A stretch of 64,000 bases of DNA, from NCBI RefSeq assembly GCF_000002075.1, contig NW_004797455.1, positions 1,144,177 through 1,208,176 of the forward strand, read 5' to 3'. The notes beneath the pieces were generated by a model. The model was not told where the DNA came from. It saw only the letters and a program-made list of their open reading frames with translations, and searched no databases. Every line of letters starts with the position of its first letter. Position 1 is the first letter of the stretch. A program made the translations under genes and the position numbers. Source of the stretch: Aplysia californica (taxonomy: Eukaryota). Below are positions 25,001 through 37,800 of this stretch, one piece after another.

Positions 25001-28000
25001 CCTGGAGACGCACGATTTTAACTTATTTTTTAAAAATCGGTGTGATAAACCTATCGCCTGTACAAGTATAAAAGTCGACACAAAGTAAGATCATCATGTA
25101 AACTTACATAAAATGTATTTATTTTTACAAAAACTTTGAAAAAATTATGTTTTAGGTGAAAAAAAAATAAAAAGTAAACGAGGAAAAAAACTTTTCTTTA
25201 TGAGCTAAGCACATGGATCTCAGAATTGATTGTAGTGAATTAGAATGGTTTCAACAAGTAATACTAAGTGATATTATCTATAAGAATAGTGACATTGCCA
25301 GGAGCGTTGTAGTCTCCTGAATCAATATTCCCTAGCGCTTTGATGGTAGTGAAAGGAGCTTCCAGCAGCTCTCTGATTCTTGTTTACATAAAAAGTAGGT
25401 CAGGTCAGCGTGTTTCGGCAGATTGCTTATAGCAGACTATTCGGGTGACCAATGGTCAAAGGGACACAACCACAATAAAGTTAAATGGTTTAACTAACAC
25501 GGGGAGTCATTCCCCTTGAGGTTCTATTAGTTTTTAGGTAAAAAATAAAATAAAAATGGTACAAGTTGCCAGGTCAGGCGCGTCTTCAGAGTTTGTTGGA
25601 CCCGGCACGTCGTCAATGAGTTAACGGAAAATCTCTCTTATATGAATGGTCAAAAGAAACGGATGAAACAATAGAACATGCCACAAGCCTGACTGTACCA
25701 CTACACACCATGCTGCACGTCCAAACTGATAGTTTCAAGTTTCAAACAAATATCAGTTGGATTTTTATTGTTAAATTAATTTCTCCCTCTGGACTGGGCC
25801 ATCGTCCATTACGCAAAAGCAGGAATTTTTAACACCTAGTCAAATTAATGTTTGCCTTACTCCAGGCTTTGGCGCAAATAATGTTTTTCCAAGAGTTAAA
25901 TGGCACTGAGCGACAACAAGGGCTTCATGCACAGAGGGTGTTAAAGTTACATAGCTCATGTGACGTAGAGTGTCAGGATTGGGTTAGGGTAGGCGAAAAC
26001 AGCATCAACAGTTTGAAAAATCGGAATCACGGGAGTTACGATTGTACTTTTATAAAATTGAAAAAAAAATCGTGATGATTCCACCAAATTCAGAAAGGTG
26101 GACAGCCCTTGAACTGCATTTTACAGGGAAAATGAAACCATACAAGAACAATAGAGGAAAACAAGTAACCTCTTTATCAACACCCCCCCCTCTCTCCTTA
26201 CATTCAACACTTGTTCAAAGGCATGCCCATTTACAGAAGCACAAATTATGCAAGGTCTCAGAAGGAGACCCACTAGTCTTGACTCACCTGACTGCTTCAA
26301 GGCACTCGATATTTCGGCCACCCATTGAATCAAAGTATGTCACCACTTTGTCCTTCATGTTAGCAATCTGTAAATACACAAAAGCCAGTTTCACATGACA
26401 TTGCACAAGAAAGCCCGCCAGATCTCAAATGAAACATAGACATTAACAGAAAAAGAAGAGCTGTGGGCATGAGAACTGAAACCACAAAGTACCCAGAAAG
26501 AAATACATACAGAGTAAAACCAAATTTCTAATTAAATACAATCTCACAAAATGTATGCACAGTAAATATGTTGTTCTTTTTCTGAAAATAAATCATAATA
26601 CAGTCTTCCCATCAATATTAGTTATAGGATCTAGTAAGAGTTTTACTGCACTTGCAACACAATAAGGTCATACAAGTGCCGAAGATTAGGGGCATTACAA
26701 GAAAGTAACAAACACAAAAAAAGGAGGGGAGATAAGGACAATAGATGTTTGAGAGAAAAGAAGGAGCAAACCACACCAGAACACCAGCCAACCACACACA
26801 AAAAGTATAAATGAACCATTCAAATATAACAGATGCTTTAAAATAAATGGATGATTAGAAAGGTAATTTTCTTTAGTTTTCACAGCTTGATAACAAAACA
26901 AAAACAAACATATCAAGAACGCTATAACTTCACAAAAACATTGAACTTGTGAGGAGGAATTCCAAAAAGGCAGGACCAGCTGTCAAGAACAAATACATTG
27001 ACAAGAAAAGGGTACTGAACACCCTTTCTTAGTCTTTCACAAAATATTTAAACTTCTTTTTCTCAAAGGTAGTATGTGACCCTCACAAAAATGACTATCT
27101 AAAAATACTTGAGATATTGAACAATGTTTTAAAAAACCCAAGAAAAAAAACAACAAGGGAGACATCAGGAAAGGCCATTACATGTTCTCAGGGATGCAGA
27201 CATATATTATATATATACTCACAGTAAAATTCTGGTAACACGATTTTCATGGTACCAGAGAATATTAGTTTAGTTTTAGTAGAGGTTTTACAGAGCTCGC
27301 AACTGCATAAGCCAGAGAATATCTCTGTCTTAAGAGAAGTTACAATGCATAGAATAAAGGGGGTGTGGTGGGGGGATTTGAAATAATTCAGTGGATCAGG
27401 AATTTCGTGTCAAAACAAAGTCTACTGCATTCAACTGCACTTTCACGAGTGAGGACTTACACAAAGACACCAGTGCATGCCCAAGTGGACAGGTATAAGG
27501 ATGTAGTGCATCGCAAAAATGTCCACTTTCTTTGTCCACCTTTTCACAGCTGAATGTCCACCAGACATAATTTTGGGATAAAAGAATGTGTTGAAGGCAT
27601 ACACTTGAGACCGGCCTTCTTCCTCCCCACGTGCCATCAGCATGTTCATGTAAAAGTTGATGATCTAAGGAAGAGAAAAAAAAAAAACGCCCAAGAATTT
27701 AAGTTACTACATTGTTTTTTTCAGAAAAAACAAAAAACAAAACAAACACCCCCCTCCCAAAAATCACAACAACAAACAAACCATATTCCAGGTAAACAGC
27801 TTCCAGTTACCAGCTTTATCTTCAGGTTGATACACTGTTTACTTGATGTAGGAGAACTACTTCTTAAGTTACAGGTATTAGAAAAAAAGAGTAAGCATTC
27901 TATGTCGAAATGTGGAAGCCATTCATAATTTTCTATAAATTAACACATTACACCCTAAGGGTCTGGACGGGAAATCCATTCCCAGATCCCAAGCAAGGGG

Positions 28001-28823
28001 AAGAAACCCACCTCATGTGAATACAAGCGTTTAAAAAACATTTTAAAAACACTAAACAAATTTTTTAAATCCTGAAAAAATAAAAGTTAGAAAAAAATGG
28101 ATGTAGTTTCAGGAAAATATAACTTTATGTATGCCCAAACTGTTGGAAATGTTCTACCTTTAGTTCAATCTGGGCGTCCGACCCGTCACTCTCAGCCTCG
28201 CGGTCAGGCCCAAGATCTAAATTCTACATCTGATCAATCTAAATCGCCCCAAACCCGTGCTACATTTTCATCAAAATCTGATTCATCTGATATTTCATAT
28301 GCTTGTTTTTGCTCAAATCCATCGTTATTTCCTTTTTCAAACTCAGTTGTGTTGCTTTTGAACAAGTCAAGACACCTTCGAAGTGTCGGAAACGGGATCC
28401 CATTTTTATCGCCTCTAATGCTAGAACTACTGGCCCGAAAAATTTTGGTTCAGTATCAAATGGAAAAAGAAACATTTTGCAATAACTAGGTAAAACACAA
28501 TCTTGGGCGAGACTTTTCCCTGAAGACGCTAGGTCGGCGCGGGTGATTCCGGGCGAGTTAGGGTGTAATGTGTTAATAACACAGCAAGCAAGGAATACAA
28601 TGAGCCACTTTAATCAACAGCAGCATCAGACCAAATACTACTTAGGTTTGTTATTTGAAACCGCAGCAACCACAGTATACCTCATCATTCAACCAGTTGA
28701 GGCCACCTAGCGTAGCCATATCCTTTCGGGTGATCTGGAGGCGGAAAGCATCAGACAGCACCTCCCCAGGAGAACCGGGCCTTAGGGCAGCCCTGATCGT
28801 CTGCTCCATCTCGGCAGTAAGTT
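22018..28823 (-). CDS. SENP1: SENP C48 catalytic domain exons (last six)
   Basis: His-Asp-Cys triad and oxyanion Gln motifs are intact across exons 28823-28681, 27664-27461, 26367-26288, 24570-24492, 22777-22682 and 22083-22018. Confidence 0.97.
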
Positions 28824-31813
28824 CTGGAATAATGCACAAACCCAATAAGAACCTGAGAAGGGTGCCTTCAGTTCATCTGTTTTTCTTTGTGAAATCAAAC
28901 AACCTACAAGATACATAGTAAGCCATTAACAAAGAGGAGAACCAGGATTCTATTCATAGTCAAAACTTAAGAAGACACAGAGAGTTGAACAAAACTATAT
29001 AAAATAATGAGGGTGCCGAGTGTAAAGCAAAATAATAAGCATAAAACAGTTCTCTCTCATAAGCAAAAAAGAACAACAGAAAGTAAGAGCTCATTTTGAT
29101 TTGAACATTTCATTGTCGTTTATAGATTTAGTCTTTGTTCAATCTTTAACTTTCCAAAGATATTTTTAATTCAGAATCAAGAGTAGGGAGAGAAAAAAAA
29201 AAAGAAATAGTACGTCAAATTACAAATAATATATTATTTTCAATTTGTCATATCGTTGCCACCATTCAACACTGCAGTATGTCATGTTAAAAAAAAAGGA
29301 GGAACACCCCCCGGCCCCATCAGTTATGTTGTTGAGTTTGATGAGGATATCGATTGGTCCTGGTCTTATTCCTCTTCTTAAGACGATAATGAATGTAGAC
29401 AAACTAAACATTTTGTATTAAGATAATGTCCTGCCTGAAAGAAATTTAGTCTTTCTTGAAAACCTTGTGTTTTGACATATCTTCGCAATCATGATAAAAT
29501 CGGATAACTACGAAATTTTCAATGCAGTTTTTTCCCCTGGAAATGTGTTCTATAAGGCATATTTCACATGCTTATTAAATTTTAAAAAAAACAATATGAA
29601 AATCTAAGCCGCCCTTTTAATAAATCAGTTTTTTCCTTCTGAAAAATTTACCCAATGTCACTTGTCCAACCATATCATGATGCCAACAATATGACAATTA
29701 TGAATGATGGCGATTATATGTAAAAGACCAGCATGAAACAGGACATAAACATGCTACTCACATATCTATAATTATATAAAATTTTTGTCCTGAGAGATGT
29801 AGCTACTCATTTGAGACTACAAATAACGGCAATAAAAAAACCCTACAAAACCTGGTACAGGTGCTGTCCATAAGAAAAGTCATTTGTAGTAAAAACCAAT
29901 ATTTTACCTGGAAGACTTTCCTCTTCTTCCTCCTCGTCTTCACTTTCCCTGAAGATTTCTTCACAGACCTCCGGCTGTTCATCAAAAATCCTCATCTTGT
30001 ACTTTAACTGCAGAATGGAAACAGTGAAAGAAATGTCTGAACAAAATACCATAAGAAAGCAAAAATTTCTATAAAATATAGAAACGTTATTGACAGAGAC
30101 ATGAAGAATGAGAAAAGCAAGGATTTAGACTTTAAAAATATTCTCTCACTCACAAGGTTATGATATTTTACTATTCCAATAAAGAAAATGATTCTAGCTC
30201 CTAAACTCTAGTTAACTACACTTGGCAGTGGTAAGGCATATTGATTCTGACACTCAATATTTTCTAGAACTCTTGACTTTATAGCTGTTTTAAAATTTTT
30301 TTTTACCTGGGGGGGAGGAGATAGGGATAGGATGACATGTTTGGATCAAAAAGAAAGAGCACACACTTGAGCACCCTCCCAACCATCCCTCCAGAACCTG
30401 GTATCCTGACATCAGTTCAGTAGCAGACATACCTCTTTTTCCAAAGCAATTCCTTGGGCACGTCTCTGAAGAATTGAAAAAGAATTACCAATCAATAAAG
30501 GGCAAATATTTACATTATTAATGCTTTTTAAGACATGCAATACATGAAAAATTCAGGGACCCCCAGACCCCCCCCAACCAATCTACAACAACCCTCTGGA
30601 GTTTGTTGTGTTGCGGTTAGGCACATTGCTGTCACATGCAGAAGATCCGAGTAATTCCTGAGATGGGAGAATTTTTTTAACGTGGTATATCCGTTTTTCT
30701 GCATGAACGTTGTATCCCCTTAGCCTGGGTTGGCCCTGAAAGGCAGGGTCAAAGCCCTCCTCCTACACTATCTTTACTGCTGTGATGGGGATGTAAAAAA
30801 ACTAATTTTAACAAAACCATTTAATTAAACTTACAATCATCATGTAGACAATTTAAACCTGAAAGATAAAAACTACATCCAGGAAACAAAATGTTTAAAA
30901 CATGCACTGGGATATACTGACTTTTATAGAAAGGACTAGTGTTTCTATTAAGAAACAAAGTTAAGAAAATCTCTATACCATACCAAGACTCCAATCATGT
31001 TTGAAATAAATACATCCTTAACTCTGGAAGCGCGCAGGCCTAAAATAAAGGGCGTGAGGCGGGCTACCCGGGAAACGCGCATTCCTTATATATAAGGCTG
31101 ACCTACTTTGACCGGGAAGCGCGCAAGCCCTATATAAAGGGCATAGACGCTGACCCTTTTCAATGGAAAATTTCAGTTTTCCTTATATGGAAAATGACGT
31201 AGTTAATTACAGGTCAAAGTCTTAAATAGTGATTAAGGACTTTGCAAGTTATCTTGACCTCCATGAGTGTCTCTTGGCTATGATATCAATTGATAAAGTG
31301 ATGCTGTCTAGCTGAGTGACTACACGCTATGTGTCATCACTTGTTCCGCTGTGCAAATGTACTAATTGTTGAGATTATCGCATTTTGCCATTTGTTTGAA
31401 TTTATTTGATCACTTATCATTTTTGAATGACTCATTCTATCAGCTTTAAAAAAAGATATGGTTTTATATGCATTTTATCATCTGTTGAGCCATAAATGGT
31501 CATTTGTCAGTAGCAGGTATACATCTCAGGTATCTCAACTGATTTCCCCCACGTTTACAACCGATTGGCGGTGGCAGCATGGCATTTTTGGCGGGTTACT
31601 TTCAGTGAAACGCTGAGCGCTTCTAGGGTTAAAATGCTGCATGCACCACCATATTCGACCATACAGATATTTGCATACCTTTTCATTGTACGCTTTTGCC
31701 TTGAGATCAGCTTCCTCAATCTGTCGTTGCCTTTGTTCCAAAACCATGAGTCTTGAATTTTTGCTGAAATAAATTTTAAAACATTTTTTTCCATAACTCT
31801 CCTTTTAAAGAAT

Positions 31814-31896
<83 letters not shown>

Positions 31897-34800
31897 CTAC
31901 ATATCTTTACTTTACTTTTCCGATCCAGCGGCCATTTGGGTTCTAGCCCTTCGGCCTGTCGATATGGCAAAGAATTTGCAGGTTTTTATCGGCTGTGTTT
32001 TGTTGCTGTATAAAGTATTTCTGATATCTGGGGAGGCAGGTAGGTAGGTGCTACGCAGGTAGCTAAGTGCACAGCAGGAAAAGAGATGGTGTGATAATGT
32101 TTCATCCTGGCAGTCACACAGCAGGCAGTCTGGTGGGGGAATCCTTGCGGATCCTATTTAGGTAGGAAATCAAAGGGATGTGTTGTGTTCGCAGGTGTAA
32201 GATATGTTCTCTTCTACTAAGGGAATTTACAACATCTTTTGAGTTGGCAGCAGTCATGTGTGCAAATACAGCTCTCCCAGTTTTGCCCAGGGCCCATTCA
32301 TTCAGCCACTGTTCCCTGGTGTTGCATTTGATGATGTTCTTGACTGTCTGTTGAGATACTGGGTTTTGACTTTGGGTATGTGATGCTACCTTCTTGGCAA
32401 GGGTGTCTGCTCTGTCGTTTCCTGGGATGTTGCTGTGGCCAGGTATCCACTGTAAAGTCAGGTTGACGGCATAGGTCTGTATGAAGGTGTCAATTGTTTG
32501 AGCCACAGATAGGCAGGCTGGGCTTTTGAAATTCATGTTTTCCAAAGCTTGGAGTACTGATTTTCCATCTGTGAAGATTACAGTGTCCTTGATTTTGTCT
32601 GGATATATAATGAAAATGTTGGTCAGGTGGAGGATTGCTGCTTCAATGGCGATGGCCTCAGCCTCATAATTTGTACAAGAAGTACCACAGGCATCAGATA
32701 GTTCTTCACATGTCTTGTCCGGATGTTCTGTTCTTATTTCAAAGCCTGCATTAATTGTTGCCTTGAAGGCTGGCTGACCCATTAGTGTAAATATGGATGG
32801 AATTACATATAATGAAGAAATGTTTAAAATATGAAAAATGAATGCCAAGTCTCATATAATACTTGTCTCTACACCAGAAAGAAAACAGAAATGAATCAGT
32901 ATCAATCATACAGGCGTGTATGTTGGGCACATAAAGACATTTTAGAAGTGTTTAAGAAAAAAATATATACTTACAAATCGTCTAAATAATTATCCTTGAT
33001 GTAAACAGAATTTAGGAACTCTGGCTTTGACCTGAAATAAACACAAAAAGAGCACTTTGACCGTTTTCTCTGCACTGTGTTCTTTTATCATGTTGTAATA
33101 AACTAGAACAAAAATTATTGAATGTTAACCATGGACAGTTTCTAGAAGATAAGAATTTAGAATGATGATAAACAGCACTTGCATAATGCAAATTCCTACT
33201 CTTCAGCAAGCTTTATGCGCTTTGCAACCTATATTATTACCCCAGTAGACACGATAGCATCCTGAAATAATCCAAAGTTAGTGTGCAGCATTCAGTGCAT
33301 TCTGTCATTTTCCAGACGCTAAAACATTAACATGCTGAGAAGATTTTTCCTCATCTATGGCCGGTTACTCATTCACACATAGGTGGTATGAGGAAAAATT
33401 AATGTAAAGTGTCTTTCCACAGGACACAATGTTGGGTCAAGCTCAGGCTCAAACCCCCCAAACCCGCAACCTTACGATTTAGAGTCCTGTAGCCAAACCA
33501 GTCCATCAGAAAGTTTCTGAAAGATCAAACCTAAATAAAGGAATCTGACTTGGCCCACCCTCCTCCCTTTATACTTTTGGTGCAGTATTATCAAAGCTGG
33601 TGCAGCAATAGCCAGACAATGCCTCACAACATTGCTGTAAGAATCTCCCCAAATATTAAGCAAACAACACATCACCATAATCAAAGATCTAACTTTTGGA
33701 TGCTGTATTGAAAAAGAAGATACAAAGACGCTACTTTCAAGAAACAGCAAATAGTACTACTGTATACTACACACATACTAGTGGCACCCATTTTTAAAGA
33801 ACTATTATGCCTAAGAAAAAATCTGGGTACTAGAAATACATAAAGCAGAACATCTGAAACAAATTTGGCAAGTATGAATGGGATCAAAACATTCGTCTGT
33901 TCGGCATGGAATTGGCTCAAAGTAATAGTGCCCTCAACATTGCAAGTTATGTCAACACACAATACTCTATAAAGACAATATTGAGCAGTACACTAGACAT
34001 TCCAGTTTTAATAATGCTCTAAAATACACACCTTTGACTTGCGTTATCCACAGTAACCTTTGAGTCTGTAACAGAAAAAGTAGCAATGATCAAAATCTGG
34101 ACATATCATGTACCTTTTCAAGAGTCGAATAAACAAAAACTTTAAAGCCATTAGATTCATATTGTACTGCACATCAAATAAATATTCAAGTTCAGCTCAC
34201 TTGGCAACAGATGAACACAAGTATGAACAGGAAAAGGCTTAAATGAAGCCTAAAAGATAGCAAAACAGACAATACTCCTTTACAGAAAACTAGTGTCAAT
34301 AGGTAAAATTTGAACATCCCATATCTCTTTGCAGCTTCAGAGCCTCAAAATTTCTCCACAATACATACTACAACGTAACCACTGTTACAGACCCTATAAG
34401 GAAGTACATGGTAATCACCATCCCAGCTACTGCTATAATACTTGAGGTTCAACAATTGCATCCCACCTCACCTGTCAAGGCACTTGCTGAGCTGCTGCCT
34501 TCCTCATCATCGTCAATCACGATGGTGGGTGAAGTACTTGACTTCTCGCTTTGTTTTAATCCACCCATTTCACCTTGACTCAATCGACTGGCTGAAGCTT
34601 TAGGGCCCAAAGATTCATATCGTACTGTACATCAAATAAATGTTTAACTTCAGCTCTACTTAGCAACAGTTGAACACAAGCATGAACAGGAAAGAGGTTT
34701 TTGAGGCCTAAATGACAGTAAAACAGGCAATACTCCAAAACAGAAAACAACAGTGTCAACTGGTAAGATTTGCATATCCCATTTCTGTTTGCAGCTTTAA

Positions 34801-37800
34801 TGTATCAAAATTTCTCCACAACACACACAACAATGAGATAACTTACAGGCACTATAAAAAAGTACAGGCTAACCACAATTCCAACTCCTGTTTTAATACA
34901 GTGCTGAAGCTGAAAAGTAAGGAAAATTCTACTGGGGGTCTGGGGGCTGCAGAGGGTCCAGGGACAGAGTCCCGGTGGGGTTTCAGAGGGGAGGCCCCCG
35001 AAGAAATTGAAATTTAGTGCTTTTAGAGGGTTGAAAATGGCATTTGGGAGCCTGTTTGATGAGATTGCCTACAACCCATACTACCTATTTTTTCACCAAG
35101 ATTTAGTCCTGTTTGAACTCTTCACACATATCTTTCAATTGCTGGCAATGTTTAAAAGCAGGTTCCCCTTCCATTGCTACTATAATTCAATTAATTTGTC
35201 ATCGCACCATTGATAGAAGGCAAACCTGGGAATAATGAATAGATATATGTACCCTCACAACACAGTTACCCAGCGTATACTCTAATTTTCCTCAATTTTC
35301 ACGTCTGAATGTTGCATGTCACAACCTCGGAACACCACTTCGAATTCTTCTTGGTTTTAGTAGTTTTAGCACAAATCTCTTTCATCGCGGCCCTTATCGC
35401 GTTCCTGTGCTGTTGAATCTTCGCACTGATAATTTACCAAGGTCTAGACAATAAATTTGCAAAAATGTTTCTTTCTGACAGTAATTTTCTAAGATCACAA
35501 GTCAATATACTTGATCAACGCGCAGATTTTCCAGCCGCGGCAACAATCCGAAGATAGACAGACGGAATGAGGGGATGATAGAAAGGAGGAAAGTAGCACA
35601 AAAAGTTCGCCAGATTTTGATCAACCTGCAGGTAAAAAATGTACTGCCGACCAATCCGCAATGAATGCACGGGGCATAGCGGATGGCCGATGGCAGGAAA
35701 TGCGCAATCTGGCAAGTTTCTATACCATAACAAACTATTGCCGAGAGAATTACCGTAAATATCCGTAACTTATACTACACAAGACGATACGAAGGCGAGT
35801 ACGGATATTTTGCTATGGAATTTCGGTTGTCCTACGCTGTCGCAGATTTTTACGGAGGGAGTTGATAATGATATAGGAACAAGTATGGAACTGTCAGAGT
35901 ACGGATTTCCGTAAAAATACAGAAGAGTGGAAGCACTGATAATACTTGAAGTTCAACAGTAACTCACAGAGAAATTTTTTACAAGCTCCACCTCACCTGT
36001 CAAGGCACTTGCTGAGCTGCTGCCTTCATCATCATCGTCGATCACGATGGTCGGTGAAGTCCTTGACCTCTCGTTTTGTTTTAATCCACCTGTTTCACCT
36101 TGACTCGTTCGGCTGGTTGAAGGAGGCAAGCTGCCAGGCTTCTCTACAGTCCGTAATGACTCCCTTTGCCGTTGTCGAGCGAGTAAAGAGCCCAGATTAA
36201 CTTCATAATTTTCTCTTCCTAATCTTTCTGAAGGTAGGTGACTTCTGAAAATAGTCAGTTGCAATGTTTTAAATGCTTTATTGTCAAATACTCAATAGTT
36301 CCACAAAAGCCATTTGAACAAGTGAGACAAAATAACAAAATATTTGTTATCAGGTGAGAAAACCTAGCAAAATAGAAAAAGTGATATCTATTGTTAGACT
36401 CATCTGATCATTTCCTCAGCAATCCAGTTCTATAAACATTGATAACCACGAACAAGTATACTAGTCTCCAAGCAAGGGCCCTTTCATGATGAGGGATGAG
36501 AATACTAGTGCCAAAGTGCACCTCTGACACATCTGTCAAACCTAAAATCTCATTACGGATATCCAAACATTTATTAAACCAGTGCTAGCCGACCCAGGCA
36601 ATATCAATAATGCCCACAAGTGGGTGATTTGGTAATTTTGGTGAGCAGTGGGGATTATTATGTGTGTAGTCACGTATTATTTATGATCCTGCTTGGAAAT
36701 GCATTACGTGTGCAGTAAGAAAGTTTTAGTCTTTTAAAGGTGGTATTTGTGGGCTTTGGTTGTAAAGAGATTGACAAGCACTGTGCTAAACGAAAGTAAA
36801 CACGTTTTAAGTTAGATTCTGAGGCAGAAGTATATTAGAACTAAAAATAGTATCATAAAAGCAATAGGTATAGTTGCTGTCGCAAGCAACACATTCAAAA
36901 TTTTTAGAATTTTAAATTTTTACACCCTTCCAAAGCTCTATCAAAGACGCACCTTTCAACATAATCAAAATGCAGTTTTTTGTTATGTACCAGGCTTACA
37001 ATTTTTTTGTCTTTCACGATTCTCGATAGGAACATGTCAAAAACGAGTCTTTTTGTCCCAACAGATAAAAGTACCCAAATGAACTTAAGTGGATTGCTTG
37101 CGACACCAGTAGGCTTCTTGTAAAAAAAAAAAAAAAATCTTAAATGGTAGCAAGGGCCTTAGACTGTCAGCTAACCATAAGACGACAGGCCACTAATATT
37201 CCACAAAATTACAAACTTGAAGACTGCTTACATTCATTCATGATTTTTCATAAGACAGTTTTCTAGAGCTTAAAATAAAAAACAACCCCATAAGTTTTAA
37301 AAATCAAATATTTTGTTATTGCTGCATGAACATTTCAGACATCTACCTCACACATACCTTCCCATAGTGCTCACAGATGGTCTATTTGCTACTGTCTTGT
37401 AACACGGAATGCTGTGTGAACCATTTGAAGATTTTCCCTGGCTAAAAATGTTGGAGGTCCCAAAGAGGCTGGTATCACCAGAACTGTTGAGAGATTAAAA
37501 AATCAGTTTGTTTAAATCGTGATTATGTTCAATCAACTAAATCCTTGAAAAAAAAAGTGTATTTTTTCCCCTTGTCTTTTTATATTTTTCAAAAACAGGA
37601 ATAATATATCACACCAACGCTCTAGTGAAGTGCACTTTGATGGATAACATACATTTCTGTTTACATGTGACATTTAATAAGGTATATTATCTTTGCTTTG
37701 TTTCCTAAAGCTCCCTTTGGAAAGACCAACTCGTGTTTATGAAGGAGACAAAAAAACCCAGAGATTTATGAAAGGACTAACAAAGCAAACCAAAGAAAGG

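Noticed and set aside
32114-32848. 244-aa ORF as a host RNase H gene
   Set aside because: It lacks the first catalytic YTDGS motif, degenerates downstream and ends in a retrotransposon-like tail, so it is a LINE fragment.
34113-34166. Third partial copy of the duplicated exon start
   Set aside because: Using it shifts the frame to a stop in the 33031-32975 exon and would leave a 47-nt intron.
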